From Felis catus (lineage: Eukaryota), in contig NC_058368.1 in the NCBI RefSeq assembly GCF_018350175.1, forward strand, positions 226,612,001 to 226,676,000: a stretch of 64,000 nucleotides of DNA. The letters are read 5' to 3'. Made by a program: the position numbers and the translations under genes. Shown one piece after another: positions 1-11,589 of this stretch; the stretch's first letter is position 1; the number at the start of each line of letters is the position of its first letter. Under the pieces are notes generated by a model, which searched no databases, was not told where the DNA came from, and saw only the letters and a program-made list of their open reading frames with translations.

Positions 1-1117
1 CCTTTGTAACATTCCCTTTTTCTAGCCATTTAGCCTCTCCACCTTCCGGAGTTTGGATTTTGCTGTGGTCTACCACTTGGATTTGGGAGGTAACATATTT
101 TTGCAACAGCACGGAACACTGACAGTTGCCTCTAAGTACTGAGAGATAACAAGGCATGAGATGCTGCATCGTAGGGCAGGAAGAAGGCTTGGAGTCTGAG
201 TCTTGTGGTTAAGTCCACAGCGGAGCACTTACTGTCTTGATTTTTCTGAGTCCTACTTCCCACAATGGAAATGTGGATAATAAGGCTTAGTCTATCTAGA
301 CCAGAAGAATTTGTGGAGCTCAGATGCAATTATTTGTGGCATTTCTTTGTAACTGCTAAATAACTTTTAATAACTGACACTATTCTTGTCATTATAAGGT
401 CACATGGATTGGAATTCTTTTCTTCACATGGTCATCTTGCTCCCATCCTGAAGTCAGTCCAGTCCCATGTAATACAGGACTGCCACATACTCTGAGCTGG
501 CACCCAGCTGGTACCACTTAATACCTGAAGACCACAGAGTGAATTTGGGGTTGTTTAGGATCTGGACCAACAGACACAGTGGGCACACATGATCTCTGGC
601 CAGTCCGGTTCCACAAAATATGATCTGAACCCTCCGTAAATTCTAGAACCAACCAGGCCATTCCAGGCTCCGGAGTTTTTTGGGAACATCACTTGGTTAT
701 ATACTCCCCAGGGGCCTGTCATCTGGGCTCACCGTAGCACAATCTAAATCTCTGCGACTCGTAGTCCATAACGTCTCAACACGTGGGGGTAACACTTGTC
801 CATTAGTATCGTATGGTAACACACCCTTAACACTCAGACAGAGAGAAAATGGGGTGGGGGGCTATTGCAAAACACCAAAATAAGTTAAATCAACAATGTG
901 GTGCTTAAACACTTCCAGCAATTCCAAGGCTCTGAAACAGCTGAAAATGATTTGAGGGATAAGATCGGCCAAGGAGAATGTCTAATTTCCATTAATGTAG
1001 GAGTATCGATTCGGCTCCCGCCATAGCCATAGAAACAGCATTTTAGACAGTTTTCAAGCCTGGTTCCAGCTAAACTTGGTGAAAATCACTTCCTGGCGTT
1101 GTTTCAAGTTCCTCATT

Positions 1118-1275
1118 CTGGAGCCAGACTGTCTGGGTTCAATTCATAAGTTGACCACTTACCAGCAGTGTAACCTCAGATGAGTTCCTTAACCTCTGTG
1201 CCTCAGTTTCTTCATCTGTACAATGGGGGTCATGATAAAGCTCCTTCAGTTGTGTATTGCAAAGATTAAATTGGA
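1118..1275 (+). mobile_element. MIR SINE fragment
   Basis: 'ggagccagactgtctgggttcaa...cttaacctctgtgcctcagtttcttcatctgtacaatgggg' is the MIR core. Confidence 0.85.
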
Positions 1276-1850
1276 AGTAACTAAAATAATTCCAGACACA
1301 AACTAGTTACTAAGGATTTACTATTATTATCGCTAAGTGGTATGCAAATGCTCAAAAAGAAATAACTTTTTACATGTCCTTTAGAGTGCACCAGACTGCT
1401 GCCTTCAATTGTATAAGATGTGAGGCATGTACGATTATCTTCATTTTGTAAACCAAGAGCCTGCATGTTTGGGAGGTTGAATTTCCAACATTATCCAACA
1501 AGTAAGTGGGCTAATCATGGTTTCTAACATTTCTCCTCCTCCCACCTCTACCCACACCCATTAAACCTCAATGCCTCCAAGAGTTTTAAAGTTTCTTAGA
1601 AATACAAATGAATGAAGTAATCGCTGTGGGTGATTGTTAGAACAGAGAACAAGCTCTAAACAAGCCAAAATTCCATGTTTGAGAGGAAGGCTAAGCAATT
1701 ATGTTGTCATTTTCAAGTGAACGATGCAGCCAAGTTATTTTGTTATTGGACAGAACTTTCAATCTGTAAAGCTGCATATAGAATTGACCCAAGTAAGCCT
1801 GCTCTCAAGAAGACAAAGAGTGATAAAGATACTTTTAAAGCCAATCTAAC

Positions 1851-2170
1851 AATGGTGAAATGGGTGAAGGGGGTCAAAAAGTAGACTTCCAGTTATAAAA
1901 TAAGTCATGGGGATGTAATGTACAGCATGGTGACTATCGTTAATAAGACAGTATTGCATAGTTGAAACCTGCTAAGAGAGTAAGTCTTAAAAGCTCCCAG
2001 TCACAAGAAAAATAGATTTTTGTAACTATATGGTGACAGACATTAACTAGACTTATTCTGGTGAACATTTCACAATATATACAAATATCAGATCACTATG
2101 TTGTACACCTGAAACTAATATTATATGCCAATTATATCTCAATTCAGAAAAGATAGAGGCAAAAAAAAAA
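1851..2170 (+). mobile_element. L1 3' UTR fragment (L1MA9/L1_Carn-like)
   Basis: 'cttccagttataaaataagtcatggggatgtaatgtacagcatggtgactat...tgttgtacacctgaaactaat' followed by an A-rich tail. Confidence 0.85.
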
Positions 2171-2848
2171 TCTAAGAAAACATGAGACAACTTTCGTATC
2201 GTGGAGCTCAGTACCAAATGAAGGCATCAGTGATGCAAATGTGTAACTATGAATACACATGCTGGCTTAATGAAAACAACAACAACAGCAAAAATGGAAA
2301 ATTACTTTCCAAAATCAAACGTCCCCCTAAGGAAACTTGTCCAGATTGTGGTAAAATTGTCTGACTCATATTAGTTTTCTGTTTCACTTTGTCCATGAAA
2401 ATTGCTGATTATCAGAGTGGGTCAACATCCCAGCTGGGAAAGGAACAAGGCAAATATAAAATCCCAGATGTGCCAAGACTGACACTGAGCTTGTTGGTTT
2501 CCAGTATCTTTTGCTCTGCCATTGTTCTGGATCCATCCAAAGATGAGGGCACTGTGACCGGATGCTCTATTAATGCAACCAGAGCATACCTGGGTGTCAG
2601 TTTGTCTCCTTTTTCAGGCGAAATTGATGAGGGGATTTATTTCCTCATGAGAACACTAGATTCTCTAGATCTAAAAACCACCAACTACGGAGCATCTCAA
2701 AGTGCCATTAATTCCATTAAAGCAGCATGTCTCGGTAAGGCTTCAGCTTCTTGCACATCTGTGATATGCTGAAATCCAGTCTCTGAAAGCAAGTGTCGAG
2801 CTGACATTTGAGACTGACAGTGCGTTTCCTTAGAAATGAAGCATTACT

Positions 2849-3077
2849 GGGGCGCCTGTGTGGCGCAGTCGGTCAAGCGTCCGACTTCAGCCAGGTCACG
2901 ATCTCGCGGTCCGTGAGTGCGAGCCCCGCGTCAGGCTCTGGGCTGATGGCTCGGAGCCTGGAGCCTGTTTCCGATTCTGTGTCTCCCTCTCTCTCTGCCC
3001 TTCCCCCGTTCATGCTCTGTCTCTCTCTGTCCCCAAAATAAATAAACGTTGAAAAAAAAATTAAAAAAAAAAAAAAA
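2849..3077 (+). mobile_element. Young SINEC_Fc SINE with 17-bp TSD
   Basis: ggggcgcc head, (CT)n, AATAAA and poly-A; TSD agaaatgaagcattact at 2832-2848 and 3078-3094. Confidence 0.97.
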
Positions 3078-3094
3078 AGAAATGAAGCATTACT

Positions 3095-3299
3095 GGGGCA
3101 GTTAAGCATCTGACTTCGGCTCAGGTCATGATCTCACAGTTCGCGGGTTCGAGCCCCATGTCAGGCTCTGTGCTGACAGCTCAGAGCCTAGAGCCTGCTT
3201 CGGATTCTGTGTCTCCCTCTCTCTCTGCCCTTCCCCACTCACACTCTCTCTTTCTCTCTCTCAAAAATTAATAAACATTAAAAAATATTTTAAAAAGAA
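3095..3299 (+). mobile_element. Older SINEC_Fc-type SINE with a deletion in the 5' head
   Basis: 'ggggca|gttaagcatctgacttcggctcaggtcatgatctc...' with A-rich tail; followed by agaaatgaaacattact (3300-3316). Confidence 0.93.
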
Positions 3300-3341
3300 A
3301 GAAATGAAACATTACTCAAGCATGCAAAAGTGTCAGATAAA

Positions 3342-3430
3342 CTCTCTCTCTCTCTCTCTCTCCCTCTCTCCGTCTCTCCCTCTCTCCCTCTCTCCCTCTC
3401 TCCTTCTCTCCCTCTCTCCCTCTCTCTCTC
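3342..3430. repeat. Imperfect (CT)n microsatellite
   Basis: About 90 bp of almost pure C/T dinucleotide-type repeats. Confidence 0.95.
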
Positions 3431-5091
3431 GATATGGAAGGAAATAAGAGTCATTACCATTTAACATAGATGCTATATCATTTCCTGTGTAAGGGCAATA
3501 ATAAGACTGTTCTTTAACTCCTCGCTCCAAAGCATCAGCGTAAACAGCAAAATATCAATGAGGATGGATTTGAAAAGAAAAACTCCAGGCAGCTTATTGT
3601 GGCCTGACAAACTCACCATTCCTTTGAGTGAATTCAAGTATAAATTGTCACAACGATGTTTAATTCAAAACTCATTTCTTTTGGTTTTATACTGGAGGAA
3701 AACACTGAGTCGGACACACATCCAAGCACTAATTTGGGCAAAATCCCTCTCTCTGTTTGCTAGATCCTGACACGGACTCAGATCAAACCCAAGGAGTCAC
3801 CTCTACAGCCAGATTATCCACTCACAGATGATCACTGTTTCCAATCAACAGACACTCAAAGCACATGACACCAACGGCTCACGCAAGAACCATTTCTTCT
3901 TCCTTGACCAGACCAGTCTTCCACTGCCTCAACCTTACACTGTGGAAAAACAAACGCTTCCTTCAAACTCTCTGACGTCAGCCCCCAATTCTTGCTTGAT
4001 CCTGAGAAGTCAAGCGTGGTTCAAAGTTCCATATTTAATATTTGAAAGAAGTTAAGCCCTTCATCCACCCACCTTTGTCACCTTGGCTGTCAGGCCAGGG
4101 GTAAAGAAAGTGAAAAGACAATGAGGGTTTCTGCATGTTGTTCTACCCCAAATCAGCAGCTGCATCCCAAATCTTTCCACACATCTGCCTTCCAAGTGAG
4201 GAGACCAGGATGAGTTTTTTCCAGGCATTGCATTAAGGTTCTAACCTACAATTACAAGTGGGGTGCAGAAGACGAGGTGATTCTTGGCTGAATTTGTTGG
4301 CTCGTGAAAATCAGAATTCATGCAAATCTCTGGCTAGATTTAGCTGGTTCCTTTCTCGTAAGTTTCGCAGCAAGGGGGAAAGATGAGGTTGGCTACATCA
4401 ATAATTCAAGCATATAGAAAGAGAAGCAGCTTCGTGAGGAAGCCTGAAGATGGGGACCCTTGCTGCTAGAGAGTTCATTTAGATTTATAAAAACTCAAGC
4501 TGTCTTTGTATGGTTCATAAAAAATTATTATGTGAAAAATTTGGCCGTTCGCTGCATTATTCATTGCAGACCTTCTTAAACAAATAACGGTTAAACACAT
4601 AAAAGGGTTCGTGGATTAAGTGGGGAAAAGCAAATGAAACCTGTAAAACCAATTGTAATTTAGATGAGTAAAAACGGTACTCTGGTCGTAAGAAGAAAGG
4701 CAAAAAGTACTCAGAGTTTTGCAGTTAATTTATGGAAGCGAGATGCAATGGTTCTTTCTCTTAAATGAAATCACAGAGTCAACTGAACAGGTTGGCAAGT
4801 GGTCGTTATGGGATATACGACTCTAGGAGAGTGAGCCATGTTAGATGAGTACCAGCCGAGGATTCTGATACGGATTCCAAGTCTCCTCCTCCGCCTCCTC
4901 CCCACTTGCCACACGGAAGCCTGTCTAGGTCTGTCTCGCTCCAGGGGTCCGAAGGTTAGCCTGGTTTGCTCCATGGCATCCATTGGGTTGAGAACAAATC
5001 AAATTTCCTTGCATTTAGAACCCCCTGAAAGGCTCGGTTAATTCTCCTACCACTTGAGGGTTCAAATGTAGGGAAGGAAGAGCAGGTTTTA

Positions 5092-5321
5092 TTTTTATTT
5101 TTTTTTTAATTTTTTTTTCAACGTTTATTTATTTTTGGGACAGAGAGAGACAGAGCATGAACGGGGGAGGGGCAGAGAGAGAGGGAGACACAGAATGGGA
5201 AACAGGCTCCAGGCTCTGAGCCATCAGCCCAGAGCCTGACGCGGGGCTCGAACTCACAGACCGCGAGATCGTGACCTGGCTGAAGTCGGACGCTTGACCG
5301 ACTGCGCCACCCAGGCGCCCC
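5092..5321 (-). mobile_element. Young SINEC_Fc SINE with 15-bp TSD
   Basis: Full-length reverse copy; TSD gaagagcaggtttta at 5077-5091 and 5323-5337. Confidence 0.97.
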
Positions 5322-5649
5322 AGAAGAGCAGGTTTTAGGCGATCGATTCTTACTTTCTAAAGAGCCCCAAATTCTCGGTCCTGCGAACCACTCCAAGGTC
5401 CTCTGAATCAGAAATCAAGTGCAAGGAAAGGCTTTCTCACTGGAGTTTTGAGTGGAACAGGTGCATGAGCCCTGAAACCTGTGGCTCTTGGAGCCTTATC
5501 AGCACCAAAAACAGCTGTGTGTGGCACCCTTGCCTTGCCTATCCCAGCCACGTACAAAGTGGACTGGAGCCATTTTCTTTCTTCTTTTTGTAACAAACAG
5601 AAAGTATTTGAGAAACACATAAAAAGTCATCCATGCGTGAATACTTCCA

Positions 5650-5765
5650 CGCGCTGACAGCGCGGAGCCTGCTTGGGATTCTCTGTCTCCTCTCTCTGCC
5701 CCTCCCCCACTCATGCGCTGGCTCGCTCTTTCTCTCTCCGAAAAATAAATAAACTTAAAAAAAAT
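5650..5765 (+). mobile_element. 5'-truncated SINEC SINE
   Basis: 'gctgacagcgcggagcctgcttgggattctctgtctcc...aaaaataaataaacttaaaa'. Confidence 0.9.
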
Positions 5766-5796
5766 AGAAAGTGCCAATTATTGTAACTAATGGCTT

Positions 5797-6251
5797 ACAG
5801 TCAGGCTTCTCCAGAGAAACGGAACCAACAAGATTACAAATGAAGACAGATTTATTATAAAAAATTAGCTCACATGATTCGAGAGGCTGAGAAATCCCCA
5901 GATCTGCAGTCAGCAAGCTGGTGACCCAGGAGGGCAGTGCTGTGGTTCCAGTACCAGGACCAGGAAAGCTGATGCTCCAGATCCCAAGTCTGAGCCCTTG
6001 TCCAAAGGCAGGAGGAGCCTGGTGCCCCAGCTCAAAGACAGTCGGGCACTGAGAGAATCCTTTGTCACCCAGCCCCTTCTTCTATTCAGGCCTTTAATGG
6101 ATTGGGTGAGGCCCACCCACACCGGAAAGGGCCATTTGTTTTACTGGGTCCACTGACACAAACGTTCATCTCATCCAGAAACACCCTCACAGGCACAGAC
6201 TCACGTTGAACCAAACGTCTGGGCGCTCTGTATGTGACGTTAACCCCCACA
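5797..6251 (-). mobile_element. ERVL MLT2-family solo LTR
   Basis: 'ttctccagagaaacggaacca...gaggctgagaaatcccca...atggattgggtgaggcccacccacac...tctcatccagaaacaccctcacag' are typical MLT2 motifs. Confidence 0.8.
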
Positions 6252-6877
6252 ACTAAGATAGCGGCGATGACTCAGGACAGATCCTTCCTTCTACTCCTTC
6301 TGCTTCCCTGTGAAGGAGTTTCCATGCAGCCAAAAGTCCCTGCCTCTCTGTCTCTCACGCTCCCAGTCAGAGGAGACAGGAGAGGAGAATTAATGGACTA
6401 CTGGGTGTGGAAGGAGGCACCAGGTGGGCAGGACTCTGTCCCGCACGCACCCTCGACCGTGAATGCACCTTGCTCCGGCGTGGCCCTGCACCGTCCTCAG
6501 CTCTCAGTCCCACAGAAAGGTTTGGGGGAACTAGCCCACCTCAAGACGTCCCTAGAACACAAGCATACAGTGCATTTGCTGGGAACCAAGAGAAACAGAT
6601 GACTGATTTCCAGAAAGAAAGTGATACCTGGAGAATGTGGTGGCTCTGTGGGGGTTTGCCTCACGTGGCTTGAACCAACGTATTAGCCGGCTCTGGCCAC
6701 AGGGCCTCAGCCAGTGCCAGCCGTGCGAGCCTCAGCAGCCTTGCCTTGACTGTTCCAGCTCTAGCGTGTGAGAGGCGGCACACGGCTGGTCAAATTAAGC
6801 GACATAGGCTCCCCTTGGCCCGGTGTCAGGGTTTGAGACTGAGGACAGGGAAGGCAGCCGACTAGCCCCAGGGATTC

Positions 6878-7260
6878 TGTCATGGGTTGAACCGTGTCCA
6901 CCAAAAAGACGTGTTGAAGTCCCAGGCCCCATTACTTAGGAATGTGACCTTATTTGGAGACAGGGTCCTTGAAGATGTAAGTGGTTAAGATGAGATCATA
7001 CTGAAGTGGGGTGGGGGCCCCCAATCCTTACAGAAGAGGAGAGACACAGACCTACAAGAAGAAGGCAACGTGATGAAGAGGCAGGTTGTGGCCAAGGAAC
7101 ACCAAAGAGCCAGGAAGGATTCTTCCCTGAGGTTTCAGAGGGAATGAAACCTTGATTTCTGACTTCTAAACTTCAGGCCTGTGACAGCACGGATGCCTTT
7201 TGTTTTCAGCCCCCCAGGTGGTGGTACTTTGTTATGGCAGAAGGAACATAGACTGATGCA
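6878..7260 (+). mobile_element. ERVL-MaLR MLT1(A/B/C-like) solo LTR
   Basis: TG start, 'aatgtgaccttatttggagacagggtc', 'gtggtactttgttatggcag', CA end. Confidence 0.85.
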
Positions 7261-7579
7261 ACACCAATTCTCTAACCACTCTAGACAAACACTAAACCAC
7301 AAAAGTTCCTTACGATGCCATCAGATGCAATTCAAGGAAAATCAGCCTTTTTCTAAATATGCTAGGATAAGGTCCTGGGGCCTCAGTTAGGACACAGTGC
7401 TTCTCTGGCCCTCGGCAGGGGGTGTAGCCAGCACTATCGAGCTGGGCAGAGGCTTCAAGAACATCAGAATTCACCGAGGCAGTAACCACTGCCTTTCCTC
7501 CACTCCCGGCTTCTGTATGGGACTATTTACAGCCTTGGTCTACTTCGACAGACATGATTCTGTAAATTATTATGGGTAG

Positions 7580-7785
7580 TGGCAACTGCTCATTAAGCAT
7601 TTTCCATATTCCAGGCAGTGATTTAGCAATCTTTATATAGATTATATTCTGACGCTTCCAAGAACTTACGAGATAAGCATTTTTACCTTCATGTTTTGCA
7701 GTGAGAGACAGAGCTATGTACAGGTCCAATAAATCATGGAGCCCAATTCTGAGGCCAGGACTCTCTGAGTCTGAAGGCCCAGCTC
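7580..7785 (-). mobile_element. MIR fragment
   Basis: 'cattaagcattttccatattccaggcagtg...atgttttgcagtgagagacagagct...tctgagtctgaag'. Confidence 0.6.
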
Positions 7786-8100
7786 AGTGCGAAAGACATT
7801 TCTGGACTCAAAGAGCCAAATAAATTCCCCAATTTGGAAATTTAAGAATAAACCACAGTGCCAGAGATGACCAAGAACAAAACAATACGAGCTTTCCTCA
7901 AAAATTATTCATCAGAATGTTTCTCGAGACATGAGAGATCCTGAACGATCCAAACACAAAATAACACTCCTTACCAAGAACATCTCACTGAAAGGTCATT
8001 TTCCGATTCTGCCGGGGAAATCCAGACCAGGCATGGAAGTCAAACTCGGGTTTGCACAGCTCTGATTATATTTTAAGTGTGAAGTATAGTACCAGAGGAT

Positions 8101-8115
8101 TTTTTTTAAGTGTAT

Positions 8116-8150
<35 letters not shown>

Positions 8151-8343
8151 TTGAGAGAGAGAGAGAGAGAGAGAATGTGAGTGGGGGAGGGGGCAAAGAG
8201 AGAGGGAGAGAGAGAATCTCGAGTAGGCTCTGCACTGTCAGCATAGAGCCCAACATGGGGCTCAAACCCATGAACCATGAGATCATGACCTTAGCAGAAA
8301 TCAAGAGGCAGATGCTCAACTGACTGAGCCACCCAGTGCCCCC
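8101..8343 (-). mobile_element. Older SINEC SINE with (TTTA)n/(GA)n tail
   Basis: Reverse SINEC body ending 'tgactgagccacccagtgccccc'. Confidence 0.93.
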
Positions 8344-8644
8344 TGAAGATTGTTTTATTTTAAATCTATTTCCTAGTATCACAAAATGTTGGAATATCAC
8401 TTTCTACAAACACTGTAGAAATGCTGTTTCTGGAAACTGTGAACAGGAAACTATGATGTGCAGACCGATGACTTACAAGGGCCAGGTATACAAACCACCT
8501 GCCAAACCTCTGGGGTTTTGCAACAGGTCCTCATTGCCCTCGGGACAGTCTGAAGTCAGCCCGACTTGGGAAACACGGCGTTCCCCTGAACGCACCACCG
8601 ACTCAGGACGTGCAACGCTGAAATTACACACTCACTCCGCAACA

Positions 8645-8817
8645 AGGCTTTCTAAACTTCAGGGTACACGTGCATCACTCGGATAACTTGTTCAAGTGCA
8701 GATCTGGCAGGTCCGGGGCGGGGGAAGGGGGGGGGGAGGAAGGGGGCCTGAAATGCTGCATCTCCAACAAGTTCCGGGAGATGCGATGCTGCCGATGCTG
8801 GATCCCACTTTGAGTAG
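8645..8817. mobile_element. hAT-Charlie MER5A-like MITE with internal G-run expansion
   Basis: 'tttctaaactt...gcatcac...gcagat...ggcctgaaatgctgcatctccaacaagttcc...gatgctg...cactttgagtag'. Confidence 0.75.
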
Positions 8818-8864
8818 ACACTCCCTTCCACTTCCCGCTGGCTGACTCTCCCTCATCATGCAAA

Positions 8865-9130
8865 GCCTGGATCGAACATGAGTTCCTCTGTGAAGCCTCC
8901 CCTAGATCTGCTTCCTCATGCTTCCTCTGGGCCCCCTGTGCTTTTTAAGTGGTGCATCAAACAGAATTACTGTTCGCCTTCATCTGTTGGTCCATGCCGT
9001 AGATCGCACTTCTGGAGGGCAAGGATCGACTTGTGCAGATCTACTGCGTCGTCTTATCCTTAACACCTTAACACTCTGCACAGTGACTTCGCGGAGCTGG
9101 TGGTAAACTGGGTTAGCTGAATGAATGAAG
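8865..9130 (+). mobile_element. L2 3' fragment
   Basis: 'ttcctctgtgaagcctccccta...' ending in 'gctgaatgaatgaa', the L2 3' terminal motif. Confidence 0.6.
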
Positions 9131-9179
9131 CCGACTTAACGAGCTATGGTAGCAGGATCCTCGTTTATGGAGAATATGT

Positions 9180-9960
9180 TCTCCATATTCAAAGAGCGTT
9201 GGTTTATCTCCAGTCCTTCAGTCCTTGGTGTTGTGACTGGTTCAGTCTCGTTGACCTGTGCTCGCTTTAAAGATTCTTTTTAATACACGTCACCGTGTGC
9301 GGGCTGCGATTTCAAATCGTACAGCCCTGCTCAGAAGAAGAGAGTCCAGAGAAAGATGCTTCGGTTCAAGACACTTCAAAGGCACGTCATTCTGAACCAA
9401 TTACGAATGCTCCCAGCCTCCTGCTTCTAAAACGGTGGCAATAATAATAGCACCTGCCTCATCAGTGCCGCAGTTAAATGAGTTCAAGCATGCAACGCAC
9501 TTAGAACCACGCCTGGCCCACAATAAGCACTGAGAGTGGTCACCCGCTCTTCTCGTTTATGCCCTTCAGTATTTCCGAAGACATGCTCCTTCCTCCTGAA
9601 AAAATTGGTTCCAGCATTCCTGTCGCTCTGCTTTCCCTAGGTCAGCTGTTAAATGACACTGTCGTCTATCACGGCCTTATGCTTTCTTTGGCACGCTTCC
9701 AGCTTCGCCTTCCTACATAACTTGAAATAACATGCCTTTGTGCAGTTTTCTGCTTTTTCATTTTTCTCCATCCCGGCTCGTTTGCAATGCTCCCCCTACG
9801 GATGCCGCTCCTGAAGATCTGATACGACTTTCCCCTTGATTGCTGCGCCCGTCTTTATCCCTTTGATACGGGCTTTGGAATCTGAGCTCCTAAGAGACCC
9901 CTTCACTCTGGTTCCGACTTCTGCTCATGGGAGACGGTGTCAATTACACAGTCCGAGTTT
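9180..9960 (-). mobile_element. Degenerate L3/CR1 LINE ORF2 remnant, interrupted by a MIR (~9400-9540, +)
   Basis: Minus-strand motifs 'gagctcagatt', 'aagttatgt', 'gcataaggcc', 'ttaacagctgacctagggaaagcagag', 'gactggagat' occur in the order I recall for the L3 consensus; no open frame. Confidence 0.5.
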
Positions 9961-11319
9961 CATTTTTATTTTTTTTTTTATTTTACAAGCTCTCCCATCG
10001 TTATTGTTTCTGATTTCTGAAATAGAAAACCTTCAGTAAGGAGTACCTACATTTATCAGATGTTCTTTTATTAGCAAAATGAGAATCAGAACGTTTGAGG
10101 AGCTGAGAGAGCACTCACACATACATCTCTTCTCTCTGCCAAGATAGACGGCTGCATCATCCGTGCATTCAATACTTGCAAAAATGAACCACTTCTGCTT
10201 CCTTCTCCTTTTACCATAATGAAAACGCACCACTTCTAACTTAAAATCGATGGCTCTCTGATTCTATGACTTCTATTGTATTTCTCCCAATTCCTTCTAT
10301 CAGATCTCTTATTTTTGAGAAACTCAAAGCATGTTTCATTCTACCAAACGTAAAGGCAACGGAACCCAAAATCATAAAGGCTGTACTGCACGATTCCAAT
10401 CAGTAGCCAAACAGTCAAAACAGAAGGTTTTGAACCGAACTTCAAAAGACTCGGAAACGAATGGACATGGTTTGAGTTAAAGAAAACATTTACAGCCTAC
10501 CTATTAATTTTTAAATGATTCCTTGTTTGAATCTATTTTTTCTAACATTTGCCAACCACAAATTGGCCCCTGTCACTGTGAGCGAGAAGTCTTCCACGGC
10601 TAACGCGACCAGAGAGCACTTAATTGTAAAATGCAGGGATGACAAATAAATACTGACAAGATGTTACAGCAGAGCAGCCATTATCGGGGCCTTTAGCGGA
10701 CTCTTGCAAAATTGCCATACCCCGGTTCTCAGCAGTCGCAGATTACAAGAGCAAAGCAGTTGCTCCCATTCAGCCTAAGAAATCCAGCACGTGTGGTGGT
10801 GGGTGTTTCTCTTCCATGAGGAGAGCCCAGGGCCCCCAAGAGGGGCACAGAGGGAAGATGTAATACGTGCTAAGGTGAGACACTGTGTTCTAGGAATCTA
10901 GGCAGGGTGCTTCTCAATCTATGAGCTGGAAAAGACCAGTAGTTTTTTTCAAATTTCCAACTCACACGAATGCTAAAATGCAACAGGAATGGAGGGAAAA
11001 ATAAAAGTTAAAAAAAAAAAAAACAACAGACACACAAAATACTAGCCCGTGCTCACCCCCTGTGGATGCTGTAGCACATCAAATTGTTGGAAGGACCTTA
11101 ATCACTCCCGATTTCTGCATGACCGTGAGATAGACACAATTCACAGACTATCCCTGACCTCCTTTTATCACTCCTCTATCATAAGCTACTAGAAAAGTGC
11201 GGCAGAAAATGAGCCTGAACCCTACGAGTCCCAAGTACTGTTATTTCTGACCCTACGCACAACTGACTTCTCATGGGCTTCCCTCACTGTCCACTGTCAG
11301 GGTCACACAGGAGCCACAG

Positions 11320-11580
11320 CAGATCTGTCCCTGCTCAAGGTCCTCAGGGGCTCCTCCTTACTCTTAGGATAAACCCATAACATGTATGTGGTCTAGAAGG
11401 CCCTAGAAAAACTTACCCTGCCTAATGGCCCCACCTACATCATCTCTCCTCTGTCATTATGATGCAAATACACACAAGCCTTTGTTCAGAGAAGCCCTAA
11501 GCTCCCTCCAGGTCCAGGGCTTTCCCACACATTCATCCCTCTCCAAGGAATCCTCCCCCACTACCCATCTTCCCTATTGA
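11320..11580 (+). mobile_element. L2 fragment (resumes at ~12560-12853)
   Basis: 'ccctgctcaaggtcctcaggggctcctccttactcttaggataaaccc...cagggctttcccacac...ccctctccaaggaat'. Confidence 0.65.
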
Positions 11581-11589
11581 TTACAAATA

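Noticed and set aside
733..825. Possible minus-strand cassette exon (ttttctctctgtctgagtgttaAG|...ACG|GTGAGC), 93 bp and open in phase 0
   Set aside because: In the FBXL7 phase (1) it hits TAA early, the phase-0 peptide resembles nothing I know, and the acceptor is weak. Pseudo-exons are common in large introns. Only RNA-seq could rescue it as a poison exon.
2389..2772. 127-aa plus-strand ORF
   Set aside because: Non-ATG (TTG) start, no recognisable domain or exon structure; length is within chance expectation.
2808..3109. Recurrent similar ORFs (GAPGWRSRLSVRLQPGHDLAV..., WVAQSVKRPTSAQVMIS...) here and at many other positions, resembling a gene family
   Set aside because: They are translations of SINEC copies, not genes.
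10900..11160. Possible hAT-Charlie DNA transposon relic ('cagggtgcttctcaatct...')
   Set aside because: Too degenerate to name or bound reliably without a Dfam search.
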